Shown: positions 13,686 to 26,131 of the stretch, one piece after another | Layout of the letters: every line of letters starts with the position of its first letter | Numbering within the stretch: the stretch's first letter is position 1 | Assembly (NCBI RefSeq): GCF_030144855.1 | Contig: NC_082709.1 | Location: forward strand, 44,082,001 to 44,146,000 | DNA: 64,000 nt | Source of the DNA: Hypanus sabinus | Lineage: Eukaryota | Direction: 5' to 3' | The notes under the pieces: generated by a model | What the model was told of the DNA's origin: nothing | Databases searched by the model: none | The model's input: only the letters and a program-made list of their open reading frames with translations | Program-made: the position numbers and the translations under genes

Positions 13686-13843
13686 TTCTGATGAAATGCA
13701 ACCTTCTCCTGACGTTCGAGGTCACGCCGTCGGTTCGAAGGCTATTTCTTCACGTGGAACGGCTGCCATAGTCGCTGCTGCGGAGAGGAGGTTGCAGACA
13801 AGCTGTGTGATTTACAGAGCTTGCTCGAAGAGAACGAGTAGAA

Positions 13844-13846
13844 ATG
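13844..13846 (+). CDS. HSPE1: HSP10 exon 1 coding part (ATG only)
   Basis: gaaATG|gtaagt, the same ATG-only first exon as mammalian HSPE1. Confidence 0.92.
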
Positions 13847-14956
13847 GTAAGTATTAAAAGGCACATTTCCAGCTTTCTCTATATACTTCATTGAGGGAGG
13901 CTTGATAAATCCAATCTTTAAGATAACGTCATATGGTGTCAGCGCCCTTTTTAAAGTTGTATGCCTCAGTATTTTTTCATATGCTTTTAGTGGAGATTGT
14001 CTAAAAAGAAGTTAGATCCATTAGTATAGAAGTAAAGCTATTAACGATAATAGTGATTACAGTTAGAATGAGTGATAGTGATTTCTGATCCACGTTGGTA
14101 TCAGAAGCCAATTGGTAACATTCGTTGTTGATTGAAGATGTTGATACATTATTGCTATCGTATCCTGAATTGGTATTTGAATGACTGTGAGTAGCTAATA
14201 TTGTTAACGTACATTTTACATGAGCGACCTTGTGCGAGGTTGGGAGTGTCTACAAGGTCAAATGCTCATTCTTTGCCTTGTGGTGGCGGGGGTGGTGGTG
14301 GGGGTGGGCTTGTGTTGCGAAAAAAGTTTTTTTATTATGAATCTTCACTAAAAATGTGATTTTTCCCGTGTTAACAGCTTCATGCGATTCCCCTCCCCAC
14401 TTGTAATGTTGCTACACATACTGAGCTAGTGAATGTCTTTCACACGTGCTTTTATAAAATAATTTTACCAACTTCTATTTTATGTTGTAACAAAGAAAGT
14501 GTTAACACTAACAGATGCTGCCTGGTCTGCTGTGTTCCACCAGCATTTTGTGTGTGTTATTAACACCGTTACAAGCTTTGTCATTTATCATGAATTTTCT
14601 CTTGAGAAATGCCATTGTAATTTTCCCGTGTTCACATTTTCAGGCGATTATTTTCCCGCCTGTAATGTTAACACACATACTACTGAACCAGTCTGTAATC
14701 GAAAATGTTTTTTAAACCTGCTTTTCTTAATCTAATTTTAGTGACTTCTATTTTATTGTTTCAAGTTTAAAGAGAAGCTACATATATGGCAACAATTTGC
14801 CCAACTGAATAATTGCAGATTTTTCCCAATAATTTTGATAGTTATTCATAAATGTAATGACTATGTTAAGGAATGTAGATTTATAATGATTTTTAAGAAA
14901 TTTATTTTGTAATCTTGGTTAATAAATTACTGAATTTCTTTTGCTTATTTCAACAG

Positions 14957-15121
14957 GCAAGTCAAGCATTTAAAAGGTTCCTTCCCCTCTTTGACCGTGT
15001 TCTGGTGGAAAAAGTTGCAGCAGAAACCATGACGAAAGGTGGCATTATGATTCCAGAAAAGTCTCAGGGAAAAGTTTTGCAAGCAACAGTGGTAGCAGTT
15101 GGACCAGGGAGTCGAGTAAAG
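14957..15121 (+). CDS. HSPE1: HSP10 exon 2 (165 bp)
   Basis: cag|ASQAFKRFLPLFDRVLVEKVAAETMTKGGIMIPEKSQGKVLQATVVAVGPGSRVK|gt. Confidence 0.97.
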
Positions 15122-15520
15122 GTTCGCCTCTAAATGAAGTGACTACTTGTTAACCACATTCTTCACTTTCCCTGTTTCAATATCTGGCAATTTTTTAAAG
15201 TTAGACTCAGTTGTAAACTAAGTGAAGTTTTCTGATTGTTAGAGAAAGGATTTTCCTGGTCTCAGAGCTCAAAATTTGGTTAACAATGAGAAATGTTGCA
15301 CTCTAAGGGAATGTAACCCTGATGGAAGTATCAAAATGTATACTCTCTCTTTCAAAACAAAGTGTTACAGTTGTAATTTTACTGCAGAGACTCTTTAAAC
15401 AAGGTATTTGTAATGTTCTTTGGAATGTGGGCTTTTCCTAAGTCACTTAGGATGGTTGTCGTAAGTTGGAGCAGCCTTCTACTCTGGGGCCAAGGTGTAA
15501 CACTTTTTCATTTTTTTTAG

Positions 15521-15610
15521 AATGGAGATGTACAGCCAGTTAGCGTAAAAGTTGGTGAAACCGTTCTACTCCCTGAATATGGAGGAACTAAAGTGGTTTT
15601 AGAAGATAAG
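15521..15610 (+). CDS. HSPE1: HSP10 exon 3 (90 bp)
   Basis: tttag|NGDVQPVSVKVGETVLLPEYGGTKVVLEDK|gttagt. Confidence 0.97.
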
Positions 15611-15925
15611 GTTAGTACTATCATCCATATTTTGAACACGAGTAAGTTATTTTCCTTGACACTGCCTACACTACTGAAATAAGACTACTAAGTAGTTCCT
15701 TACTACCTACCTTGTTATCTTGCACTTTATTTACCTACAATGCATTTTCTTTCTAGCTGTTGCACTTTATTTAGCATTGTTACTGTTTTACTTTGTTGTA
15801 CCTCAATGCACTGTAATGATTTGATCTGTATGAACAGTATGCAAGATGAGTTCTTCTCTGTATCTTAGTACCTGTCAATAATCTGTATCTTTTCCTTTCT
15901 CCTCCCCCCCCCCCCCCCCTTTCAG

Positions 15926-15976
15926 GATTACTTCTTGTTCAGGGATGGAGATATTCTTGGAAAATACACAGAATAG
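15926..15976 (+). CDS. HSPE1: HSP10 exon 4 coding part
   Basis: ttcag|DYFLFRDGDILGKYTE*. Total CDS 3+165+90+51 = 309 nt = 102 aa. Confidence 0.97.
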   Translation, partial: DYFLFRDGDILGKYTE

Positions 15977-16076
15977 ACATTGGATGTTGCTGTCAGTTTC
16001 ATGAACTGACTGTTCCGTGAACTAGTCTTTTTGTTCCAGTCTGTAAATAATTTTGTTTTGAACTTTGGTACAGTAC

Positions 16077-16082
16077 AATAAA
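16077..16082 (+). terminator. HSPE1 polyadenylation signal
   Basis: AATAAA about 100 nt after the stop. Further AATAAA at 16156 and about 16219. Confidence 0.75.
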
Positions 16083-17279
16083 ATCAACAGTAAACCTGAA
16101 GTTTCTCTATCCTGCTTTGAGGCGTTTCCACTTATACTGGAAGTATAAACTAGTGAATAAAATTCTTGAACTGGAAGGGTTCTTGTTCATGTTTTGAGAT
16201 TTTATTTCCCCCAAGAACAATAAATAAACCAAAGACTGCAATTATGCCCTTGGCAACTGGGGCAGTTGCTCAATAAGTATAGTTTAGGTCATTCAACTTG
16301 CATGAATACAGCCAAACAAAAGTGTTATTCTGGGGCCAAGTGTAAAACACAGTACCAACAAGAACGCACATAGCACAAGGCACACTTAGCATGTATACAA
16401 GGTCACAAGTAATAAGATATTGGTAAAATACAGTCACACAAAAATATAGTCCAAGCCACTGAGTTCATGAACAGTGGCAGTCTGTAGTTAAACACAATAA
16501 GGCTTGTTTTCTACTGAGCAAACACTGGGGCAGCACCAACTTTAACTTAGATGCTGCACCACACTGTCCTGCCACTGTTGGCCAGTAAATCAGTGAATTG
16601 GACTTGCAGTATTCCACAAGAAAAGTGACTAAGACTTGCTGTTAGGCTGCACACAGTCTTCATGGACAGACTCCTGATACAGGCAACGGCACAATCTGTA
16701 CCAAGTCCAGCTTTGTCAATTTGCCAATGTGTAACTCACTGATGGGGTAGACCTGCAGTACTCTATCTTGCAGGATATAGTGATAGTTTAAAAAAACTTA
16801 CAAAGACAGTAACACCTTTGTTCAGCCCTGTAGAAGTTGCTGCAGATACAGATGAAGTGTATATTGAATGTGGTTCAGTTTATTGTAGTGAAGTGGCTTT
16901 TAATCACTTAAAAGGAATAATAGTAAAACTTGATTTCAGTGATTAATTTTAGTTCTGAGTCAAATGATTTCACTAAGATCAGAATTGGGTTTAATATGAA
17001 AACAGCAGTGCAATATGTAATGAAAAGCTATAAATTACAATAAGGAAAAGAAAATCTAGGTTAAGTAGTGTGACAAAATAGTGTACATGGGTTCCTTATC
17101 CTCAGATATCTGAAGGTCTTGCCACACCTGGTCGTGATGGTAGTGGGCTATTAAATAGTTAATAGGAGGAGCAGACTAAATATTCCCTGCCCCTGTGATA
17201 GCTGAAAGAGAGGCTGAAGCATTTGCACCATTTTCAAGCAGAAGTGCCCATTAGGTAGTTCACTTTGGCTATTTATTTT

Positions 17280-17535
17280 GTTTAGAGATACAGTATGGAG
17301 TGGAACTTTCTGGCCCTTCGAGCCGTGCTTCTCCAGAATCACCCAACAACCCCCAATTAACACTTGCCTAATCCACATGACAATTTACAATGTCCAATTA
17401 ACCTACCAGTACCGTGGGGGGAAACTGGAGCTCCCAGAGAAAACCACACATTTTAGGGAGAGGCTGGATTTGAACTCTTCACTCTATCAGCCTGAGCTGT
17501 AATAGTGTCATGCTAACCACGATGCCATCGTGGCA
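17280..17535 (-). mobile_element. tRNA-derived SINE (V-SINE-like)
   Basis: Reverse complement of the SINE at 25915 (CAATTTACAATG.CCAATTAACCTACC, GGAAACTGGAGC). Confidence 0.6.
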
Positions 17536-20489
17536 TTGAAGATGTGCTTCAGCATTAGCTGTTCCAGTACAGTTGCAATAGTGGCATCTACTAGAATGGG
17601 TGAAAATCTCTCAGGTACACCCTGTTCACAAAAGCAAGACAAGTCCAGCCTTGCTAGTTACCAGCTTGTCAGTCTACTCGTTAATAATCTGTTCAGGTTG
17701 GTTAATGTAACTATCAAAATAAATGAACTGGATTCCAAAGATAGAAAAGTAGTGACTGGCAGCATTAAGAAACTGTCCTTGATAAAACAGATCAGTGGGA
17801 GGCCAAAGGAAACACTACAATGTCTGAAATTGTAGTTTACACAAAGGAAGATGTTATGGTGGTGGAGATCAATATTCCCTATCCCTGGTCAACATCGCAG
17901 GAGTTCTTGACACAAGGTCAGAAGTGAGGATGCTGACTGATAAATGTTCCTTTGCAACTTCTCAGTAAATGAACCATCTGTGCAAAATGACAGAAGCATT
18001 AACTGCTAAATGAAAATATCCAACAGGAATGAAATCACCTATCAGAATTTAGCAGCACAGGCCCAGCGACAAATGCCCATTTACTCCACTCCTCAATCAT
18101 TTCATTTTATTCTTCCTCAGATTGTAAACTTCCAACCAGCAGTTTATCTACACACAATTCACTCCTACAAGTGGCAGAACTAGCTTGTTTTCTCTCCCTA
18201 CTTTTGGTAATTGTTCTCTCATGTGCCTTTGATGCCATTCATTAAGGTTCCATATCCAATGATTCTTGTGTATTTTATAGTTTATGGACGAAATTCACTT
18301 GTGGACCTCTGTGGAGCAGCCCATTTTCTGATAAAAGATTTCAATTGTGTCCAGTTGAAGACTTGGAAACCTGAAGCCATTCACGTTGCGCTACCTGCCA
18401 CATACAGACTCTTGGCCACTAATACCATCTTCCATTCTGACCCATTCCCTCTAGCTAAACAAACATGCTTTAAACTCAGATTGCACTTGAAGAAGAACTG
18501 AACAACCAACTACGTACCTTCTCTGGTTCTATCCTTTCCTCTTCATTCTTTTATATTTTAATAAGCTCACCTTTCATTCTAATTCCAAGGAGCCCAACCA
18601 GCACAACATTTTCTCACAAGAGTGCACCTTTTTGGAATCAATGAACAACTCATTTGCCTTCTACGAATGTATTATTCTTCTCATCAGAACTGCATACAAG
18701 CCTCAAAGTAAGGTGTCACTGACATTCAAGATTCATCACAAGATTTCCTTTCTTCCATCCACTTGAAAGAAACACCATGATTCTAATAATCCATGCACCT
18801 TCCCAGTTCCCTCTTTTAATTTTTCTCCATTCAATCAGGAGTTACAAAAATTTTCAGAACATTTTCAGATGTGACTAATTTTTGGGGTATGTTGAACTTT
18901 GGTAATTAGTATGAAACATTAAAATTCCAAATGGCCTTTGTGTCTGCTGCAGCTTAACTTCAGTGAGAGCAAAATCATTAAAATTGGCTTTTAGATTGGT
19001 TAAGAACTGATTAGTTGCACGCTGAAAATCTGCAGTCTGCATGGGTTAAAAACAAAAGACTGGGAATATGTTTCCCAGTTCTGAAGTTTCCCATATTTAA
19101 TTCAAACTGGATGGTTGAGTTGAAAAATAGTGAAAGGTGGGAAAAATGTAAAATTGTGATACAATGGGATGAGCCCAGAAAGTGGACATTCACTATTGAT
19201 CACTCCAAACTGACATTGGTTTCAACAAATTAAGTGAATTGTAGCTAGTACCAAGAAAAAAATATGAAGACTGGGTAATTGAATGTTTAACTGAATTGCC
19301 CTGCACCCAATCTATACATGATTCTACACCATTCTAAACTGTCACTTAGGGAAAATAAAAAAAAAACAATTTTATCTTGATCCCAAAAACATTTTTGAAA
19401 AGTAAACCAGGAGGACCTACATGTTACCCTTTCAGCTGACAATACAATTGATCATACATGTCAACCAGACTCAATTGTTGACCTTTTATTTAATTACACA
19501 AAATACATTGTTCTGTGCTGAAGATTATAAACTCAGATATCTGTTTTGTTGTCATGTGAACAAAACTATTTGAGAAATACTGGTAGATCTGAAGTAGTCT
19601 CTTTATTCATCAAAATGGGACATAGTAGGCTTCATATTTAGATTCCTTTCAGAGGAAAAAGGTCTGCTTAACCCAACACCACACAACATTTATGTGCTAA
19701 AGATCAAAGGACAATTCCATATTTACAATGCTTCCTTTGAACTACACACCATCCTCACACCTCCCTCTCTGCACCCACACTACAGACACCCAAATTACAC
19801 CCAAATAATGAATTTAAATCAGCATTGTCTGGTCTTCCAATTAACTGGTTCGAAGTTCTTTGGAACCCATTGTTCAGAGATTGCATTTTGCATTAAATCC
19901 ACAGTTCATATTTGATGAAGACTGGTGGCTGAAGTCAGTTGCTGAAGTTATTTGCTTTATATGCTAACCCCACCCCCCGAAAAACGCTCTAACAGTTTCT
20001 TCCTCTACGTTGGTGCCAACATACTTAGAATACAGTCTAATGAAAATGTGTAAACATAACAGTGGGAGCACTGGTGTACTGATGACACAGGTCATTTATT
20101 GATTTTTTTGATGCATCAGCATTATTCTTTCAATAGCAAGTTCCACTTGAAAAAAATCATATGTAAATTCATCTGTTGCTTTCTAAAATTCTATAAAAAA
20201 GAGCAAGGAAAATGTGGAATGTATAAAAATTTTCTGTGAAATTTGATCAGATTTTAAAAGGTAAATGACCCAATGGCCAACTTAACCTAATCAGAGAGAG
20301 AGTAAAGAAGTGTCATTCCTAGCTTCTGAATCGAAACTGCCAATCACACAGGAGTTGTTACTCCTGTTATTTTGATACAGGTATTTGGGAAGGGGTGGAG
20401 GGCTGCAATTTGGGAAGGGGAAGGGGTAAAAGTTCCCACAAGAAAACAGCATCCGTCTTCAAAGACACCACCATTCAAGCCATGCCCTC

Positions 20490-20855
20490 TTCTCGCTACG
20501 ACCCTCAAGCAGGAAATACAGAAGCCTTCGGTCCCACACGACCATGTACATGAACAACTATTACCCCACAATCATCAGGCTCCTGAACCAGCATGGAAAA
20601 CTTTATTCACCACTACTCTGAACTGATTCTATGACTCACTTTTAAGAACCTCTTTACAACTCATGTTCTCAGTATGATTTATTTGCGCAGTTTATCTTTT
20701 TTTTTGTACATTGGTTCTTTGTCAGTCTTTGTCTATGTATGGTTTATTGTAAAACTCTACTTTATTTTCCCAGTAAATGCCTGTAAGAAAATGAATGACA
20801 AGGTAGTATATAACATATATGTACTTTGATAATAAATGTATTTTGAGCTTTGAGG
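20490..20855 (+). mobile_element. Rex1-like LINE 3' fragment
   Basis: LL.SSRKYRSLRSHTTMYMNNYYPTIIRLLN-like sequence followed by the shared 3' tail. Confidence 0.6.
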
Positions 20856-22995
20856 GGGTTAAATAAGAAGGGTGAAGAGTCAATAAATTGAATATAAATT
20901 TTTTGTTGAACTCAGCTGATAATGTTTGACATACTTACATGATAATGACCTTGTAGAATGAACAATTTATGATGAGTAAAATGGCAGAGATAAGAAGGAA
21001 AGAGATTTATTCCTTCCGGCTTCAATGATAACTCGTTGTAAGTGAGTCCTTGAGCAGATTTTAAGTGCAATATAGTTGATTACAGATCTGAAGGACACAT
21101 GAGGAATTTACACAGATAAATGTTTCTACAATTTTAACAGTTTTCTAGATATATTTAATTGGGCAAATTGAACTGCATCTCTCCACATACAATTTTTGAC
21201 TTACAATCAATTTTCTTGCTAATGTCTCCTATCTTATTCCAAGCCAGTTCATCAGGCTAAACTTAACCTTCCACAATTTGGCATCCTGTTCAACACATAC
21301 TAAGTTTTTAATCCTCTAATCCTCAACAGCAAGACTGCTCATTTCCATTTTCTTCGTTCAATGCATCACTCACAAGGATGATCCTGCATTTATTCTGAGA
21401 CTTGATGAAGTCAATTCTCTCCTTGTTGGCCCCCTTCTTCCAAATATCTCAAATCACCACACAAAACTACAGTTAAATCATGTCTCATTTTGTTCAGCTG
21501 TGGTAAATCCCAGTGCTTTAAATTCCTCAGTATCCTGACCTGAGCGGTTTGTGATTTGGGAACATTTCCAATCCCAGTTTGTGTATTAGATTGCTAACTT
21601 CCTTTGCTTTAAAATTTGGGCCATATTTAGACTAATAACAGCATGACTGGTCACAGGAGTGAACGTGTTTGTAGAGGAGACTGTGGAGGGATTAATCATC
21701 AATTACTGTTGTGCTATGTTGGTGAAAGTAACGGGAATGAAAATCTATGTTTTAAAATTATATAACAAGAATGTTAGTGTTAGCAAGCATGTTCAGCATT
21801 ACTTTATGGCTTCTCTGAATTGATGCACAAATAGTAAAATATATGCTCAATAGCACCCAATCATTGTTACAGTTTGTATACATTTTTGAATATGTTATTT
21901 GTTTTATAATTAAAGTTGACAATGATTTCATTTTCAAAATGTGTCAACAGTTTATTTGAACTCTGCATACAACTTTTTCAGCTTTAAATAAGTAAATAGA
22001 AAATATTGTGTAAAAACATGAAAATAACACTGTGGTAAAACAAATATAACATGGAAAAACAAGTTTTGTCATAAAAACATCAAAGGAGGGTAACTAATGG
22101 TCTTTCAAGTTAATACCAACCATGTTATGCAGCATTTTATAATTAAGCAAACAGAAGATCATTAACACATTATTCTAATAACTATAGCCATAACAGCATT
22201 ATAATTTGCTTTGCCACTAAAGAACATTTTGTTGAAATCTTCTGTCAATCATTTGGTGAGATTGTCACCCTGCTATGATGATACCAAAACTCAACCATTT
22301 TCTAGACTAGTTTGTGTTTTTTAATTTATTTTACAGTATGTATCAAAAATAATGGCAGACCGTGATTTAATTGCAGCACTTACATCAAATCATCCAAAAT
22401 CCAGCTTTATCACACGTACAAATACCCGTAATGTGTATTACATGGTTTGATATTAGTAAATTGTTTCCCTCTATAACGTCAAACAACACAAAAACAACAC
22501 AACTTCAGCTTCATTTACTCTCTGCCATTCCATTCTATCACACTAACAGTGATAAGCATCAGTTTCATGAAACCCATTAAACCTCGCTTCTAAACAGTAA
22601 CTTACAGTTAACAATTTAATGAATTCAGCAGATTTAATTAATAATATTACACAAAAATGCAGACATTTGCCTCATTCCACTTAAAATAAGGTTGTTTTGT
22701 AGTGATTGTAAGGATAATTTCAAACTAGAAATTTTGATAAACAGCTCCATTATTTTTATTTATCTTTGTCAATTAGGTCTAACAGAAAATTGCCACACAT
22801 ACTTAAGGTGCATCTTGTAGTCGTCCAAATGCAACAGCATTCCCAATTTTTCTTCCTATCAATGACTTTTCATTTTAAGTTACTGACAGACTTACCTCAT
22901 TGCTGGACATCTGTATGGGTGTATTTCAATTTTGCATCCTATTAACAATGCAAGTATAACATGTCCATGATGACTTTGGAATTATGGTTCTAAAG

Positions 22996-23075
22996 CTGGG
23001 GTTCCCAACCTGATGTCCATGGACTCCTCGGTTAATGGTAGAGGTCCATGGTATTAAAAAGGTTGGGAACCCCTG
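22996..23075. mobile_element. 80-bp hAT MITE
   Basis: TIRs CTGGGGTTCCCAACC / GGTTGGGAACCCCTG; 8-bp TSD ttctaaag / ctctaaag. Same family as the MITE split at 43883/48241. Confidence 0.85.
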
Positions 23076-24042
23076 CTCTAAAGGATGGATGACTATTACT
23101 CTCATTTGTAAGCGTTCTTCAATGTTATAACATATAATCAGCAATTGTGTAGGGCAAGGAATAAGAAAGTACACTGTGATGTAGATTCAGGACATGATTT
23201 ATCTGAGTATTTCAATTTGAATCAAAATTGATGCAAAGGCTCTTTATAAAGGACAACCATAATATTTGTTATTTTCCTAATGAACCGAAGAAATTAATAA
23301 GTTAACTGAGGGAATTTTGTACTGACACCAGTGCCAGACTGGATTATAGAATACCTCTCAGTGCATTGGAAGTTAATAATTCCATCAGTAGGTCCAGCTG
23401 ATATTAAAGGGACAGACTAACAGTATTTTTTTAACAATTCATTATTACATATACATTACTTGGCAGGGTAACTACCATTTGATGAACAGTGCTCCAGATT
23501 CAAATAGATCATGCATTGAGAATATCATTTTGTGTGAACATGTTCTTAAATGATAGAAGTATAAAAAAATCAAAGAACTGTACAAACAGAAATTAAATGA
23601 AAAGAGATTACTTATAATTAAAAATATCAGCACACACAATATAAATTGAAGAAATAGCAAAAAATCACTTGAAAATAGAAAAGTAAAATATAAATACTTA
23701 TGGATATCTAAATATACCTTTTCCTGCGGATGCTTTTACTAAGTAAGTAGAAAGTAGTTTTACAACAGAGTTGAAGTTTTTCCTACAGATAAATCATGAC
23801 TGATTTGTTAAAGAAACTGGTTCTATCAACTTAGAACCTGACAGACTAAACTATTCATTGACATCATTTTTGTAAGCTTACATAAGAGTAAAAACAGTAA
23901 GTATTAAAAAGATATATTTTCTGTTGAAAAGTAAAATTCCTCATTTTCAGCTAAAGCTATTCGCTCTCAGCAATGTAAAATCAAGGAAGTCTGGTTATCT
24001 TTAAATTGTTACTTTTTGAAATAAGAACAGAATAGTGCAGTG

Positions 24043-24303
24043 TTAGATGCAGGTAACTTGAGGTGTTTCTTCTTCTTGATCTAGCTGCCCATCATCCAAG
24101 TCTCTCAGAACACTCATGCTGCTAGGCATTCCTGAAAAGCCATCAAATTGACTGGATGGCTCTTTGAGCCAGAGGGTTTTCTCAGCAGCAGTACAGGAAT
24201 GTTCAGCAGATTCCGAAGGCTTATTTTTACCAGTGTTCACACCCACATTTCGGTTCCAGCTTCTGCTTTTCTCATTAGCTTTTGGTTGCTGAGTAGATCT
24301 TTT
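24043..24303 (-). CDS. RFTN2: Raftlin-2 last coding exon (exon 9)
   Basis: tacag|KRSTQQPK...FDGFSGMPSSMSVLRDLDDGQLDQEEETPQVTCI*, matching the RFTN2 C-terminus (VLRELDDGQFDQEDGVTQVTCM in human, from recall). Confidence 0.92.
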   Translation of the reverse strand, partial: KRSTQQPKANEKSRSWNRNVGVNTGKNKPSESAEHSCTAAEKTLWLKEPSSQFDGFSGMPSSMSVLRDLDDGQLDQEEETPQVTCI

Positions 24304-25914
24304 CTGTAAAGTAAGTCTTAGTAATTTAGCTTGTCAAAACAAAAGGAGGACAATTTTTTCTTTGTTTAAAGCTAACCATGTTTAAAGCTCATTCTTAATC
24401 TCAGCAGTTCAAGCAGCTGCCTCCTCATCCACTGTTATTCTATTCTACTGTCAATGTAGTCTTATCTACATTTGCTGTGGCCACTTTACCTTCTCTGCTA
24501 ACCATTTAAGTTAGCTCTAGATATCACCATCTAGAGAAACCCTCTGCAGTACCTAGCTGCAGTGCTGAAACTTGGATCCTGAGATTCAATGGCCATGTGA
24601 TCATGGAGCCTAAAGAAAACCATTTTAAAACCAAGCTTATGCTTGGTGTCACCTGTAACACCATTTAATAGGAGATTCAACTAATGAGTATAAAAAGGTA
24701 ATTAGAATTTAATTACATTGTGTGGGAAGATCAACATGTGAACAATGGGCTAACGAGATTTACACATAAGAAATATCAGAACAACTTAAACAAAATGTGG
24801 AAACTTAGGAACTGGAGCTCTGATCAGCAAGAGAGGAAATGGAGGCAGAAGTGAAGCTGGAAGAATAGACAGTTCTGTGTGTTTTTTAAGACAAGGATAA
24901 TTGGATGTGAATGTATATAATTTGATTCAAGGAGTTTTGTTCTAGGTTCTATGGTAATATGGCCATTGGATCTCAGGACTCTTGATAGTGATATGCAGGG
25001 CTATCTTCAAATGGTTAGTAGAGAGGGAAAGTGACCACAATAACATAGAGTAGGTACAGTATCATAAGTCATTTTATGGTAGGCGATGTACGAAAACTTG
25101 GCCCATTATGGAATAATCCTGTTGGTAGAAATTCAACATATTCAAATCTATGAATTGGAAAATCTTGTCAACAATTTGTATTTAGTACTGTTAATGTAGT
25201 AAAGTATACAAAGATACATCACAGGAATATTATCAAATAAAATCTGACTAGTGGACAGATGACCAAATGTTTGATCAACAAACAAGGTAATTCCAAAAAC
25301 TCTTAAAGGAGGATGGAGAATGGAGAGGTGGAAGAAGGCTGGCCAGAACTCAGTCCAAATGGAACCCCTGGATGGATTAATTAGTTGCTGACTAAAAGCC
25401 AGGAGGAACCATTATTTTTCTTGAGTCTCCAAAGAAAAATAAAAAAATATGTTTCTGTGCTGATGGTTCAAGGAACACAGGAGTAGTCAATTTAATGCTC
25501 CCAGTTAATTCAGGAGTCCAAAACAGTGTATTCGTGGGGACATGTGATATTATCCACAATAATGTTCTAAACTCACTAGTGACAGAAAGTTTCCTTCTCA
25601 TTTTAACCCCCTTATTTAAAATGAGCTTAGTTATAAGCCAATATGGGGAGTTTGCTCAAAGAATTGCACTTTGAAGATCCTTGACATTTTTTAGATAATT
25701 GTGAAGAAACTTAATCTAAGGGAGAAAAGCCAAATAAAACTCAAGGTTCTAGAAAATAGCGACTAACTATTTCTAACTGGATTTTAGCTTCACTAGTATA
25801 ACATCTCTTCCAAGTATAAAGGAAGAGGGATCATGAGAGTGATTATGAAGGAGCTATTGGGTATTTTCAAATAGCCGCTGTGATATGACTGTTCAGGACA
25901 TGACAACCAAAACT

Positions 25915-26131
25915 GGGGCGGGACAGTGGTGTAGTGGTTAGCTCAATGCTTTACTGTACAGGTGACCTGGGTTCATTTGCCACCACAGCCTGTTTGTATG
26001 TTCTCCCCGTGACCATATGGGTTTCCTCCATGTGCTCTGGTTCCTCCCACAGTCCAAAGACGTACTTGGTTGGTAAGTTTATTGGTTATTGTGAATTGTC
26101 CTGTGATTAAGCTAGAATTAAATTGGGGGAT
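25915..26131 (+). mobile_element. tRNA-derived SINE, 5' part (3' part at about 31166-31239)
   Basis: A-box-like TGGTGTAGTGG (25927) and B-box-like GGTTCATTTGC (25970). The body resumes after the CR1 and ends in (AATA)n. Confidence 0.75.

Larger units (their letters stand above)
13450..13800. promoter_or_regulatory. HSPD1/HSPE1 bidirectional promoter
   Basis: Lies between divergent first exons. Contains HSEs, DR1-like AGGTCAAAGTGCA (13505-13517), TTATGCAAT (13539-13547), TGATGAAAT (13689-13697), TGACGT (13710-13715) and CACGTG (13751-13756). Confidence 0.9.

Noticed and set aside
11100-14900. Intronic snoRNAs in HSPD1/HSPE1
   Set aside because: No convincing C/D box pair with a terminal stem, or H/ACA double hairpin, on the sense strands by eye. 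A covariance-model search would be needed.
16138-16155. TGGAAGTAT (WKY) as a MOB4 remnant
   Set aside because: Only three codons match, with no flanking similarity or splice sites.
25915-25990. tRNA gene
   Set aside because: The A/B boxes belong to a SINE head; no complete cloverleaf, and the sequence continues into the SINE body.
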